DNA of 64,000 nucleotides, from the sequence record ON528734. One strand, written 5' to 3'. Below are positions 30,036-39,872 of this stretch, one piece after another. Both the position numbers and the translations under genes were made by a program. Every line of letters begins with the position of its first letter. Positions within the stretch are counted from its first letter, which is position 1. The DNA is from Shigella phage ESh24. The notes under the pieces are model-generated. The model made no database searches. It saw nothing but the letters and a program-made list of their open reading frames with translations, and had not been told where the DNA came from.

Positions 30036-31364
30036 ATGCAACTGAATAATCGCGATTTAAAAAGTATCATTGATAATGAAGCATTGGCTTATGCTATGTA
30101 CACGGTTGAAAATCGTGCTATCCCAAATATGATTGACGGATTTAAGCCAGTTCAACGATTTGTTATTGCTCGAGCTCTTGATTTGGCACGAGGAAATAAA
30201 GATAAGTTTCACAAACTCGCTTCTATTGCAGGTGGTGTAGCGGACCTTGGATATCATCATGGTGAAAACTCTGCGCAAGACGCAGGTGCTTTAATGGCTA
30301 ACACTTGGAATAATAACTTTCCTCTGTTAGATGGTCAAGGAAACTTTGGTTCTCGTACCGTCCAAAAAGCAGCAGCAAGTCGTTATATTTTTGCTCGTGT
30401 AAGTAAAAATTTCTATAACGTATATAAAGATACTGAATATGCTCCGGTACATCAAGATAAAGAACACATTCCGCCTGCTTTCTATTTGCCTATTATTCCT
30501 ACTGTTCTTCTTAATGGCGTTTCCGGTATTGCAACTGGTTATGCAACTTACATTCTTCCTCATAGTGTTTCTTCTGTCAAGAAAGCTGTACTACAAGCTC
30601 TTCAAGGAAAGAAAGTAACTAAACCGAAGGTAGAATTCCCAGAATTTCGTGGTAAAGTCGTTGAAATTGATGGGCAATATGAAATTCGTGGAACATATAA
30701 GTTTACTTCACGAACTCAAATGCATATCACTGAGATTCCGTATAAGTATGATCGTGAAACTTATGTGAGTAAAATCTTAGACCCACTTGAAGATAAAGGC
30801 TTCATTACATGGGATGATGCTTGTGGTGAGCACGGCTTCGGCTTTAAAGTTAAATTCCGTAAAGAATATTCTTTGAGCGATAATGAAGAAGAACGCCATG
30901 CAAAAATTATGAAAGACTTCGGGTTGATTGAGCGTCGTTCTCAGAATATTACGGTTATTAATGAGAAAGGAAAGCTACAAGTTTACGATAACGTAGTCGA
31001 TTTAATTAAAGACTTTGTTGAAGTTCGTAAAACTTATGTCAAAAAACGAATTGATAACAAAATCAAAGAAACTGAATCAGCTTTTCGTTTAGCCTTTGCC
31101 AAGGCACATTTCATTAAGAAAGTAATTTCAGGTGAAATTGTTGTACAAGGTAAAACTCGTAAAGAACTAACCGAAGAACTTTCTAAAATTGATATGTATT
31201 CTTCTTATGTTGATAAACTAGTCGGAATGAATATTTTTCATATGACTTCCGACGAAGCAAAGAAACTTGCTGAAGAAGCAAAAGCTAAAAAAGAAGAAAA
31301 CGAATATTGGAAAACTACTGATGTAGTTACAGAATACACCAAAGATTTAGAGGAAATCAAATGA
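30036..31364 (+). CDS. 52: DNA topoisomerase II medium subunit gp52 (GyrA-like)
   Basis: 442 aa (T4 gp52 length). Confidence 0.93.
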   Translation: MQLNNRDLKSIIDNEALAYAMYTVENRAIPNMIDGFKPVQRFVIARALDLARGNKDKFHKLASIAGGVADLGYHHGENSAQDAGALMANTWNNNFPLLDGQGNFGSRTVQKAAASRYIFARVSKNFYNVYKDTEYAPVHQDKEHIPPAFYLPIIPTVLLNGVSGIATGYATYILPHSVSSVKKAVLQALQGKKVTKPKVEFPEFRGKVVEIDGQYEIRGTYKFTSRTQMHITEIPYKYDRETYVSKILDPLEDKGFITWDDACGEHGFGFKVKFRKEYSLSDNEEERHAKIMKDFGLIERRSQNITVINEKGKLQVYDNVVDLIKDFVEVRKTYVKKRIDNKIKETESAFRLAFAKAHFIKKVISGEIVVQGKTRKELTEELSKIDMYSSYVDKLVGMNIFHMTSDEAKKLAEEAKAKKEENEYWKTTDVVTEYTKDLEEIK

Positions 31365-31510
31365 GTCCATTCATAGGTATTACAAGCGCTGCATTAGTAT
31401 CTGGTAGCATTTTACTGGCGGGTTTAGGCGTTGTTCCAGCCGTAGCAGGAGGTCTTCTTGCGTTCGGAATTCAACGTGTTATCATGACAGTTATCACAGT
31501 CATGCAGTAA
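31361..31510 (+). CDS. Small membrane protein (49 aa; motA.1 position)
   Basis: ATGA overlap with gene 52; Gly/Ala-rich hydrophobic sequence. Confidence 0.45.
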   Translation: MSPFIGITSAALVSGSILLAGLGVVPAVAGGLLAFGIQRVIMTVITVMQ

Positions 31511-31515
31511 TTTTA

Positions 31516-31548
31516 GGGAGAGCCTCGGCTCTCCCTTTTTTATTTTAA
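31516..31548 (+). terminator. Rho-independent terminator
   Basis: GGGAGAGCCTCGGCTCTCCC plus T-run. Confidence 0.75.
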
Positions 31549-31566
31549 AATTTTTTTCACAAAACG

Positions 31567-31600
31567 GTTTACAACCAAAGCATACTGTGGTACTATACAA
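31567..31600 (+). promoter_or_regulatory. Early promoter for motA (repeat module copy)
   Basis: GTTTACA then GTACTATAC. Confidence 0.55.
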
Positions 31601-31637
31601 CTATCAACTACTGATACAGAATTACGGAGATTAGAAA

Positions 31638-32273
31638 ATGTCTAAAGTAACTTACATCATCAAAGCTTCTAACGATGTTCTGAATGAAAAAACTGCTGCG
31701 ATTTTAATTACTATTGCTAAGAAAGATTTCATTACAGCCGCAGAAGTTCGTGAGGTGCATCCAGATTTAGGTAACGCAGTAGTTAATAGTAATATTGGGG
31801 TGTTGATTAAAAAAGGCCTGGTGGAGAAATCTGGTGATGGATTAATCATTACTGGTGAAGCTCAGGATATTATTTCAAATGCAGCAACTTTATATGCACA
31901 AGAAAATGCTCCGGAACTGCTGAAAAAACGAGCAACTCGTAAAGCTCGCGAGATTACTTCCGATATGGAAGAAGATAAAGACTTCATGTTAAAACTTTTA
32001 GATGAAAATGGATTTATTCTTAAAAAGGTTGAAACTTACCGCAGTAACTATCTTGCTATTTTAGAAAAACGCACTCACGGAATTCGCAATTTTGAAATTA
32101 ACAATAATGGAAATATGCGAATTTTTGGATATAAAATGATGGAACATCATATTCAGAAATTTACTGATATCGGAATGTCATGTAAAATCGCTAAAAACGG
32201 TAATGTGTATCTTGACATTAAACGCTCGGCAGAAAACATTGAAGCAGTAATCACCGTAGCATCTGAACTGTGA
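31638..32273 (+). CDS. motA: MotA middle-transcription activator
   Basis: 211 aa; matches T4 MotA length and position. Confidence 0.9.
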   Translation: MSKVTYIIKASNDVLNEKTAAILITIAKKDFITAAEVREVHPDLGNAVVNSNIGVLIKKGLVEKSGDGLIITGEAQDIISNAATLYAQENAPELLKKRATRKAREITSDMEEDKDFMLKLLDENGFILKKVETYRSNYLAILEKRTHGIRNFEINNNGNMRIFGYKMMEHHIQKFTDIGMSCKIAKNGNVYLDIKRSAENIEAVITVASEL

Positions 32274-32283
32274 GGAATAAATA

Positions 32284-32613
32284 ATGAACAAGTTAGAAAT
32301 TGTTAATGAACTTCGTCGTTGTGCAGAACCCACTCAAGAGGGGTGGGACATCTGGTATCATGGAGCTTATCTTGGAACTATCGTAAAGATTAAGACTGGC
32401 AAATACATGATTATTCGTGAAAGTAAAGATGCTCCAGTAGGTATTCGCAATAATTTCATGGCAGCGATAAGTTCCTTTACGGATTCAGCTTACGAAATTT
32501 ACCTTGCTGATTATAAAGAATTCCAGGAATCTCAACCAGTTATTCGTTCAATTGGTGTTAACAAAGCTCAACAGAAAACTTTGTGGCAACGTATTAAAGG
32601 ATGGTTTAAATGA
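32284..32613 (+). CDS. Hypothetical protein (109 aa)
   Basis: ORF in the arn.1-4 region. Confidence 0.55.
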   Translation: MNKLEIVNELRRCAEPTQEGWDIWYHGAYLGTIVKIKTGKYMIIRESKDAPVGIRNNFMAAISSFTDSAYEIYLADYKEFQESQPVIRSIGVNKAQQKTLWQRIKGWFK

Positions 32614-33071
32614 AAACTTTTAAAGAACGTTTAGCTCTGTTAGATAAAGCTTTGTTACGTGAGACTCCGGAAAGTCTGGCTGCTAAATTAGCTTCTTACG
32701 GCGGTGAATATACAGAACAAAATGTTTTAGATGAAGTTCCTGAAATCTGTTGGCAGACTGCATATTGGGATGAAAACCAAAAGTATCAACGACGAATTGT
32801 CTGTGCAGCCAACCGTTTTAAATTAAAAGATGGACGAACTCTTATTATTCCGGGTGCTCGTCATTATTCTAAAGATATGGCAGCAGTTTTAGATGTAGTT
32901 AAACCTCAATTAGTTACTCAACAAGTTTGTGATGATGACCAAGGGTTTATTGACCAATATAGTAATTATTGGACACGTGAAGAAGCAATGATTATTGCAA
33001 CTTACGCTGGACAAGTACGTATTGAACGTGGTGGTAGTGAAAAAGAACTTTACTCTGAGGACCTTTACTAA
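32610..33071 (+). CDS. Hypothetical protein (153 aa)
   Basis: ATGA overlap. Confidence 0.55.
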   Translation: MKTFKERLALLDKALLRETPESLAAKLASYGGEYTEQNVLDEVPEICWQTAYWDENQKYQRRIVCAANRFKLKDGRTLIIPGARHYSKDMAAVLDVVKPQLVTQQVCDDDQGFIDQYSNYWTREEAMIIATYAGQVRIERGGSEKELYSEDLY

Positions 33072-33367
33072 TGAATATTAAAAAGTTTCAAATTGATGGA
33101 ATTATGAATCAAATCCAGGCGCTGGAATATGCCAATAAAATGATGTCAACTAATTGGGGAATTTATACCAATGAACCTGCATTTCAGTTTTGTGATATGG
33201 AATTAACTAAAAAGCTCGTAGGAAAAGATTATGTATGTCCATTTAGTTCTCCAGTAAATGGAATGTTAAAACCTGCTTTACGCGATCTTTATATTGCGAT
33301 GAATGAAGAGATGATAAAAGATCTAAAACGTCAACTGAAGGTAATTCAATTTGGCCAGGGAAATTAA
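33071..33367 (+). CDS. Hypothetical protein (98 aa)
   Basis: ORF with overlapping start. Confidence 0.55.
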   Translation: MNIKKFQIDGIMNQIQALEYANKMMSTNWGIYTNEPAFQFCDMELTKKLVGKDYVCPFSSPVNGMLKPALRDLYIAMNEEMIKDLKRQLKVIQFGQGN

Positions 33368-33569
33368 TTCAAAATCCGATTATTTTAATTCTCTCAATGA
33401 TAAAGATAAAAATCTAATACGGCATTTTATTGTTGAGATGGGATATACTGACACACGTGATTTAAGAGAACATATATTTGAATGTGGTGTAGCTAAAAAG
33501 TTTTCATTCACATGCAAATGTTTGAGAGAGGTAATTCAGCACTATGAACAATTTAGTCGCAAAACATAA
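33351..33569 (+). CDS. Hypothetical protein (start unclear: TTG 33351 or internal ATG)
   Basis: ORF lacking an obvious ATG with RBS. Confidence 0.35.
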   Translation: MAREINSKSDYFNSLNDKDKNLIRHFIVEMGYTDTRDLREHIFECGVAKKFSFTCKCLREVIQHYEQFSRKT

Positions 33570-33652
33570 TTTTAATAAAGCTTCTGTCCATAAAGATAAG
33601 AAGAAAGCGTTTAAAGAATCTAATCGCAAACAGAAACATAAGGGGAAGGTCT

Positions 33653-33932
33653 ATGATTATTGATTCTCAATCTGTGGTTCAATATACAATCAAAATTGAT
33701 ATTCTAGAAAAGCTATATAAGTTTTCTACCAAATTTATACCATTCAATTGTTAATGAATTAGTTGAAGAATTACATCTTGAGAATAACGATTTCTTGATT
33801 GGAACTTATAAAGACCTCTCAAAAGCAGGATATTTTTACGTAATTCCAGCTCCAGGAAAAAGTATTGATGATATATTAAAAACTATAATGATTTACGTCC
33901 ATGATTACGAAATTGAAGATTATTTCGAATGA
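33653..33932 (+). pseudogene. Apparent frameshifted ORF (33 aa + 59 aa in +1 frame), possibly disrupted arn-like gene
   Basis: ATG with AGGGGAAGG RBS opens a 33-aa frame ending at 33754; the +1 frame continues open to 33932 with no start codon of its own; combined about 92 aa. Confidence 0.3.
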
Positions 33933-34081
33933 GTCATAATCTTGAAAAGGTAATCGAGCACAATGTAGCTCAGGAACGTGAGTCGTTCAAGGAATTCGTA
34001 GAAAAAATTTTTGAAGAAAATAACACAGACCAGTTTACAAATCAAGCGTCTGATGATATTATAACAAAGTCAACTAATTGA
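33929..34081 (+). CDS. Hypothetical acidic protein (50 aa)
   Basis: ATG overlapping the previous stop. Confidence 0.4.
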   Translation: MSHNLEKVIEHNVAQERESFKEFVEKIFEENNTDQFTNQASDDIITKSTN

Positions 34082-34093
34082 GTGGTATAGTTA

Positions 34094-34366
34094 ATGAATA
34101 AAAACATTGATACAGTTCGTGAAATTATTACTGTTGCATCTATTTTGATTAAATTTTCCAGAGAAGATATTGTTGAGAATCGTGCTAATTTTATTGCATT
34201 TCTGAATGAGATTGGAGTAACGCATGAAGGTAGAAAGTTAAATCAGAATTCATTCCGTAAAATTGTTTCTGAATTAACCCAAGAAGATAAGAAAACCCTC
34301 ATCGACGAATTCAACGAGGGTTTTGAGAGTGTATATCGATATCTAGAGATGTATACGAACAAATAA
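34094..34366 (+). CDS. asiA: Anti-sigma-70 protein AsiA
   Basis: 90 aa, MNKNIDTVREIITVASILIKF..., matches recalled T4 AsiA. Confidence 0.9.
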   Translation: MNKNIDTVREIITVASILIKFSREDIVENRANFIAFLNEIGVTHEGRKLNQNSFRKIVSELTQEDKKTLIDEFNEGFESVYRYLEMYTNK

Positions 34367-35023
34367 TTATTTAGCCCTTCCTAATATTCTGGCCGCCTGA
34401 GCACATATTGATTCAAGGCGGTCATTACTTATATGATCATTTCTATACCAGTACATGGTTATCGTTCCAGCATAGATATTATCCAAATTAAAATATGGAC
34501 AACTGTACATGTAGTTTATTTCGGGAGTAGGCTTTTTAGTTGGTAAAAAAGCAAATTTTGAGTTGGAATAATAATGACGTCCATTTAAATGAACTATATA
34601 TTCATCCATAGTTTTATCAACAGGATATCCTCCAAGTGATTTTTCACTTATTGTTGAAGGTAATTTTCCTTCATATGCTATAATATCAACAAAATAGTTT
34701 AAGTTTTTAGGGCGGAAAGAATACACCGCACTAAAGTCTGCCTCAGATGATATATGAACTATCTGGAGTTGTTCCAGGGCGACAGATTCAAAGCGTGCAT
34801 TTCTTTCCTTTTCAATAATTTCACTGTATGTTTCATACTTTGATTGCTTATAGTACTCAAAGAAACTATCTCCCCTATACCAAACAATCGCCATTATAAA
34901 CAAAAGAATTACGACAGCTACCCGGGAAGCAAGAACCTTCCCGGTAGCATTATCTTTGAACAAGCGATCTAGAACACCCAACAGAATATCAGAGGGCGAA
35001 AATGATATTCTAGGTGCTGCCAT
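34367..35023 (-). CDS. t: Holin T
   Basis: 218 aa; N-terminal transmembrane domain plus large periplasmic domain; matches T4 T. Confidence 0.93.
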   Translation of the reverse strand: MAAPRISFSPSDILLGVLDRLFKDNATGKVLASRVAVVILLFIMAIVWYRGDSFFEYYKQSKYETYSEIIEKERNARFESVALEQLQIVHISSEADFSAVYSFRPKNLNYFVDIIAYEGKLPSTISEKSLGGYPVDKTMDEYIVHLNGRHYYSNSKFAFLPTKKPTPEINYMYSCPYFNLDNIYAGTITMYWYRNDHISNDRLESICAQAARILGRAK

Positions 35024-35041
35024 AGACCCTCCTTTTAAGGA

Positions 35042-35049
35042 TATTTATA
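35042..35049 (-). promoter_or_regulatory. Late promoter for t
   Basis: TATAAATA on the minus strand about 20 bp upstream of the t start. Confidence 0.65.
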
Positions 35050-35068
35050 TGCTGAGAGGTATTACCAT

Positions 35069-35848
35069 TTAAATCCAGGAACCATAGATCGTGCCTGTTG
35101 CACCCCATGATGGCGAAGAACCGAATACCGCTCTACCTGGAGCACCACCGCCGGATCTAGATAAGTGATTACCCCATCCATCTCCACCCCGACCTCCAGC
35201 ATCACCGCCATTGCCACCGCCAAATTGACTTGTATTACCACCGCCGCCTGGACCGTCATAACTAGCATTGCCACCAGGCCAATTAACACCACCGCCACCG
35301 AGACCAAATGGTCTGCCACCGCCACCACCAGCTGTAGCATACGCGTCCCAGCTATTCTTTAACGACACTGCACCACCGCCACCGCCGCCTGATGCAATAA
35401 CGCCATAGTTCCAAATGCGGAGTCGTCCACCAATATCATTTTGGATTACGTCGCCACCATTAGTGCCTGGGCTTCCATTTACGCTACCATTACCACCTCG
35501 GCCCCACATATGAACACCACCATGAATATTCAAAGTAACATATTCGTTAGGAGTATCACCATACATGAAGAATAAAGGAACGTCTTTAGAATATGATACT
35601 AAGTTGCCTGTGATATTAAACACTATAGGAGCGCCACCGGCTTCAAAACAACGGTCACGGAACCATTGACCATTAAAGTTATGGTCTGCTCCAAGAGTGT
35701 GAATAATTTCTCTTGAACGTCCAGCGAATTGTGACATCCAAGATGGGTTCCCTAGACGTAATTCTCTAGAAGCTGCTGACATCCAACGTTGACCTGTTTC
35801 AGCCACTGCTGATGTTCCAATCCAACCAGGTATTCCTACTACTGCCAT
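35069..35848 (-). CDS. 38: Receptor-recognising adhesin gp38 (T2/T6 type)
   Basis: 259 aa with multiple Gly-rich stretches (GGGGGG) between variable segments. Confidence 0.85.
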   Translation of the reverse strand: MAVVGIPGWIGTSAVAETGQRWMSAASRELRLGNPSWMSQFAGRSREIIHTLGADHNFNGQWFRDRCFEAGGAPIVFNITGNLVSYSKDVPLFFMYGDTPNEYVTLNIHGGVHMWGRGGNGSVNGSPGTNGGDVIQNDIGGRLRIWNYGVIASGGGGGGAVSLKNSWDAYATAGGGGGRPFGLGGGGVNWPGGNASYDGPGGGGNTSQFGGGNGGDAGGRGGDGWGNHLSRSGGGAPGRAVFGSSPSWGATGTIYGSWI

Positions 35849-35878
35849 AAAAACCTCCAGGGCCCGAAGGCCCTTTTA

Positions 35879-38800
35879 TTATTTTATCAATGATTTAATT
35901 AATGCTTTCAACTCAGCAATTTCAGATTTCAATTCCTTGATTTCGTCAGTATGCTCGTTGATAGTGGCAGTATTTAAACCAATAATACCGTTATAGTTCA
36001 AACGAAGCAGTCCGGTCTCTTTATCTTCAGAAACAAGTTCAGGAAATACTTTTTGAACTTCCTGGGCGATTAAACCGGCGGACGGTTTAACTTCATCAGT
36101 AACGGGGTTTTTAAGCAGATAAGTATAACCACCTAAGAGTTTAGATTTCTCTTGTGCGTTATCGATAAGCTTAATTTCCGATTTACAACGAATATCAGAA
36201 CGAATATAAACGTCGTTAACGTCAATGTTATCGCGAACATACATACCGGCGTTACAGTGGAAGTTAACGTTACTAAAGGTCTGGGCCAGCCCAGCTCGAA
36301 TACTGAATACACCTTGACCATTAGCATACATGTTGTAGATGCCATCGCTTTCCCAGACCAATCCAGTGTCATTGTCACCAATTGCTATGCATGGCGTAGA
36401 CCAAGCGGGTTCAATACCTACACCAATACCCGCCCAACCGGAAACAATTCTTCCTGGGGAAGTAAACTGCCCGTTGGCCAAAAATTGATAAACCGCTGCA
36501 GGATGTCCTTGTTCTGGTGTATTTTCAGTTGAACGAACAATTATACAACCGGTACCCCAACCTGCGGTACCTGAACGTAAAGTACCTAGCTCTACACTTG
36601 TGTTATATCCATACCCCGTTGAAGAACTTCGTCCTTTAATAATAGGATAGTACACATTCCCGTTTAATTCGCCATGTTCTACAAATATAGGAGCTTCAAG
36701 GTTATATTGTAGGCTAATCATACCTGAGTTTTGAGAGACCCATCTTGTAGCATTAACGTACATACGGTTTTCACTCATTTGAACCAAGCCAAAAGCGCTT
36801 GGGCTAAATGTAATGGCGCCAGCGTCATTCAAATCAATACCGGTTGTTGTTTTATAGTTGTAAAAAGATACTGTGTCAGATTGGCCACCTTTACCAACAA
36901 ACCAACTATTAGCACCACCAACTTCTGAACGAATATGCGAACTATTAATTGCATTAGGTGCTCTAATTACTAAAGCATCATCGGCCGCAGCAATAGTTAA
37001 TTTTCCGGTCATCGTATCGCCTTCTTTGGCAATACGAGTAGCTATTGCATCGCGAATATTTGTAATGTCTCCTGCTGAAGTAAACGTTTTCCAAATATCC
37101 GAGAAAATATTACCATTACGAGCAATAGCAGCTTCGCCACCGCCGACCAGAACGTTATCGGGAAAATTAACGGTACCATCGGCGTTAAATCTTGATGTAT
37201 GGCCTTGTGAACCATCTTCTTTGATATGGTGTAAAACAAATGTACCCGAATTAATTTCAGTACCTAAAGACCAAACAGCTTTACTGTTTAAAAACTTCTG
37301 TTTAACAATAGGATAATATTTACTTACTGCGTCATCATCGATTTCCTGGAAAATAGGAGCTGCTTGAACATATTGAATATCATAACCACCAGCGCCCGCG
37401 CCGTGACCAGTAAATTTAATATAACCGTTTGCTGCGAACGTATTGTAACTTGATTGTAAATCTGGAATAGTAACTTTACCAGTATCTAAAGCCATACTAA
37501 ACGGGCGAAGTGGACCGATATCGCCGTGTTTACCTTCACCGTAAGCAGTTGGAATAATATGAAGACTACCTTCTGAACGTCTAAAAATGGCTCCATAATC
37601 TGCGTTCCAAATACGAAGCGCATTCACTGCTCCAGATGAAATTTCACCTGTTGTGTGAACTCCTCTATCTCCAGCAGTAACACCAGATGATTCAAATGAA
37701 CCATTAACGTTCATTTCTACTTCGCCAGTAGTAAGTCTTTGAATATAGCTCATCCAGCTAGTTGCATCAGAAATTTCCATAATGTTTTTACGGATACCTC
37801 CGCTTGGATCAACAAACGTATTACCCCAAACTTTAATATCCATATTATCAACCGAGCTGTATCCTGTTGTGTTGCCTCTAAACATTAGTGTAGAAGAATT
37901 ATTTCTACCATCTATATTAACAGAACCGCCAATAACGTCAATATTACCAGGAGTAACTAACAAACCGCCGTGAGTATTAATGTTTGTAGTACCCTTACCG
38001 CGGAAATAATGATGATAATTACCACCTTGATAATATCCTAAAAGAGTTTGACCGTCGCCGTATGCGTTATTATCGTGGTATGTTACTACAGTAGCAAGAG
38101 CATAGTTTTCTGTCGGTGGCGTTGTCATAAGAATCCCATCCGGAGAATAACCCATAACCATTTTTCTAAGGCTTTGTGTTTCCGCAGGACCGTAAATGAA
38201 AGTTCTTGTTCCGTTGTTTACTGTATGAAAATATCCGTCCTGGTGCCATTTTAGCCCGGTATCATTATCACCAAGAGCAATCGAAGCAGTCCCTAATTCA
38301 GAATATCCTTTAGAGCCACCCGGAAGACCTATAGAAATAGAATGGCCTGCTTTCAATCCACCGGCCCAGTTAAACGACCAAAGATAAGTGTCTAAGCCAT
38401 CTCCGGAATACCAGGTTATTCCGTCATTAACATTAACTTCGTGGAAAATACCTGCTCCTACAGCATTTCGCATAACACGTAGGTGGTTAATAGCCGTTTC
38501 GCCTTCTGCCATTGGAGTGTTATTTGATAATGAATAGATATCATAATCGCCTGTCTTCTTCCCGTTTGTAATAACTTTGTCGGTCAGAATTTGTGGAGAC
38601 GAAATAGATTTCCATGCTGATACTTCAGGTGAAGTAAATAGGCCACTGCCTGAAAATGCATAAGTGCTTTCGCTACCAGCGGCGTAGTCTTGAACCCTGA
38701 TATTAAGTACTTGTGTAGTTAAACCATCATTAGCCGGGGCATAAATGATTCCACGTTCGCGACTATTGCCATCGAAAAAACGAACATGCGCTGTACCTGA

Positions 38801-39145
38801 ACTTTTTGTAATAAGTTCTCCGCCTTCAGTCATAATCTGCCCAGCAGCAATAATATCACGAGTTACTCGAGCAATACCAGTTAAATTAAAATTACCAGTC
38901 TGGGTGAATGTACCGTTTAAAGTATAATCACCAGTTTGGTTATAATTGCCTTTATGAATAACATTCCCGTCAATACTACCGCCTTTAGCAAAACCTAAAT
39001 CAATAATATTTCCCTGGTCATCTTTAGTAAAAAGTACACGGTCTTTTAAGTTTATAGCCAATTCACCTTCGGCTAATACTGAAGCAGCTGGACGTTGACC
39101 TGCCGTTTTGCTTCTTTTAAATTGTATTTGTTTTAAAGTAGCCAT
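35879..39145 (-). CDS. 37: Long tail fibre distal subunit gp37
   Basis: 1088 aa; position between 36 and 38. Confidence 0.9.
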   Translation of the reverse strand: MATLKQIQFKRSKTAGQRPAASVLAEGELAINLKDRVLFTKDDQGNIIDLGFAKGGSIDGNVIHKGNYNQTGDYTLNGTFTQTGNFNLTGIARVTRDIIAAGQIMTEGGELITKSSGTAHVRFFDGNSRERGIIYAPANDGLTTQVLNIRVQDYAAGSESTYAFSGSGLFTSPEVSAWKSISSPQILTDKVITNGKKTGDYDIYSLSNNTPMAEGETAINHLRVMRNAVGAGIFHEVNVNDGITWYSGDGLDTYLWSFNWAGGLKAGHSISIGLPGGSKGYSELGTASIALGDNDTGLKWHQDGYFHTVNNGTRTFIYGPAETQSLRKMVMGYSPDGILMTTPPTENYALATVVTYHDNNAYGDGQTLLGYYQGGNYHHYFRGKGTTNINTHGGLLVTPGNIDVIGGSVNIDGRNNSSTLMFRGNTTGYSSVDNMDIKVWGNTFVDPSGGIRKNIMEISDATSWMSYIQRLTTGEVEMNVNGSFESSGVTAGDRGVHTTGEISSGAVNALRIWNADYGAIFRRSEGSLHIIPTAYGEGKHGDIGPLRPFSMALDTGKVTIPDLQSSYNTFAANGYIKFTGHGAGAGGYDIQYVQAAPIFQEIDDDAVSKYYPIVKQKFLNSKAVWSLGTEINSGTFVLHHIKEDGSQGHTSRFNADGTVNFPDNVLVGGGEAAIARNGNIFSDIWKTFTSAGDITNIRDAIATRIAKEGDTMTGKLTIAAADDALVIRAPNAINSSHIRSEVGGANSWFVGKGGQSDTVSFYNYKTTTGIDLNDAGAITFSPSAFGLVQMSENRMYVNATRWVSQNSGMISLQYNLEAPIFVEHGELNGNVYYPIIKGRSSSTGYGYNTSVELGTLRSGTAGWGTGCIIVRSTENTPEQGHPAAVYQFLANGQFTSPGRIVSGWAGIGVGIEPAWSTPCIAIGDNDTGLVWESDGIYNMYANGQGVFSIRAGLAQTFSNVNFHCNAGMYVRDNIDVNDVYIRSDIRCKSEIKLIDNAQEKSKLLGGYTYLLKNPVTDEVKPSAGLIAQEVQKVFPELVSEDKETGLLRLNYNGIIGLNTATINEHTDEIKELKSEIAELKALIKSLIK

Positions 39146-39153
39146 AAGTCCTC

Positions 39154-39810
39154 TTAATAATAGCCGAAATCTTGAACAGAATCCTTAATTACGATTTGGT
39201 CAAATCGCGGAACATGCGAGGGTTGAGATGCAGGATTCTGTGAAAAAAGGTTTGGCGCAGTTAAATTTCCTGTCATAGTGTCTCCAGAGCGTAATACTCT
39301 AGAGTTTGCATTTGTTGTAACAATATTTATTGCCCCATCAACATAATCTTTTCTCGTAAGGTCATAATTATTTACTGGTGATAACGAAGTTGCGCGTATT
39401 TGTGATGCTTCAATTACACCCTTTGAGCTAATATCTCCGTTTCGTGTGTTAATTACTACAGTTCTACCTGCTGCCCCTTGTGATGATTTAAAGCCGATAC
39501 CATACCATGAAACAATATCCATATTTGTAGTATCATATGTAGCATTATCACCAGGACCGGCAAAAATACCGTTGTCACCTGACCCAGCACCAGGAACAGT
39601 CATTCCTTTATTAAAAATTACTTTATTTAAATATGTACCACCATTAGCTTTAGAAACGAAATCGTTATCAGCAGCTTGTGGTTTATTATATTCTGAATAT
39701 ATTTTAAATGATTTATAGAGTACATCGTCACCGGCTGGATTCAATGGAAAATTTCCTTGATGCCAAATGACAGAGCCTCCAGTTGTTGAACCTACTTTTA
39801 AATCAGCCAT
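39154..39810 (-). CDS. 36: Long tail fibre distal connector gp36
   Basis: 218 aa; position. Confidence 0.85.
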   Translation of the reverse strand: MADLKVGSTTGGSVIWHQGNFPLNPAGDDVLYKSFKIYSEYNKPQAADNDFVSKANGGTYLNKVIFNKGMTVPGAGSGDNGIFAGPGDNATYDTTNMDIVSWYGIGFKSSQGAAGRTVVINTRNGDISSKGVIEASQIRATSLSPVNNYDLTRKDYVDGAINIVTTNANSRVLRSGDTMTGNLTAPNLFSQNPASQPSHVPRFDQIVIKDSVQDFGYY

Positions 39811-39833
39811 TGTATGCCCCTTTATTTTAATAG

Positions 39834-39841
39834 TATTTATA
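39834..39841 (-). promoter_or_regulatory. Late promoter for gene 36
   Basis: TATAAATA on the minus strand upstream of gene 36. Confidence 0.65.
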
Positions 39842-39850
39842 AAGAAAAAG

Positions 39851-39868
39851 GGAGCCCGAAGGCTCCCT
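39851..39868 (-). terminator. Stem-loop after gene 35
   Basis: GGGAGCC-TTCG-GGCTCCC hairpin. Confidence 0.5.
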
Positions 39869-39872
39869 CAAT

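Noticed and set aside
35062-35362. ORFs on both strands inside gp38 (35062..35340 minus, 35165..35362 plus)
   Set aside because: Alternative-frame artefacts of the Gly-rich, GC-rich gp38 coding sequence
35135-35420. Repetitive GGTGG/CCACC tracts considered as a possible CRISPR-like or tandem repeat array
   Set aside because: They are the codons of the poly-glycine motifs of gp38, not spacer-repeat units
35851-35875. GGGCCCGAAGGCCC hairpin plus T-run considered as a plus-strand terminator
   Set aside because: The flanking genes 37 and 38 are on the minus strand, where the hairpin is followed by a GGAGG RBS rather than a U-run; more likely a stabilising stem-loop
36133-38927. Several 60-147-aa plus-strand ORFs within gene 37
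   Set aside because: Antisense to a 1088-aa tail-fibre gene; no RBS or promoters
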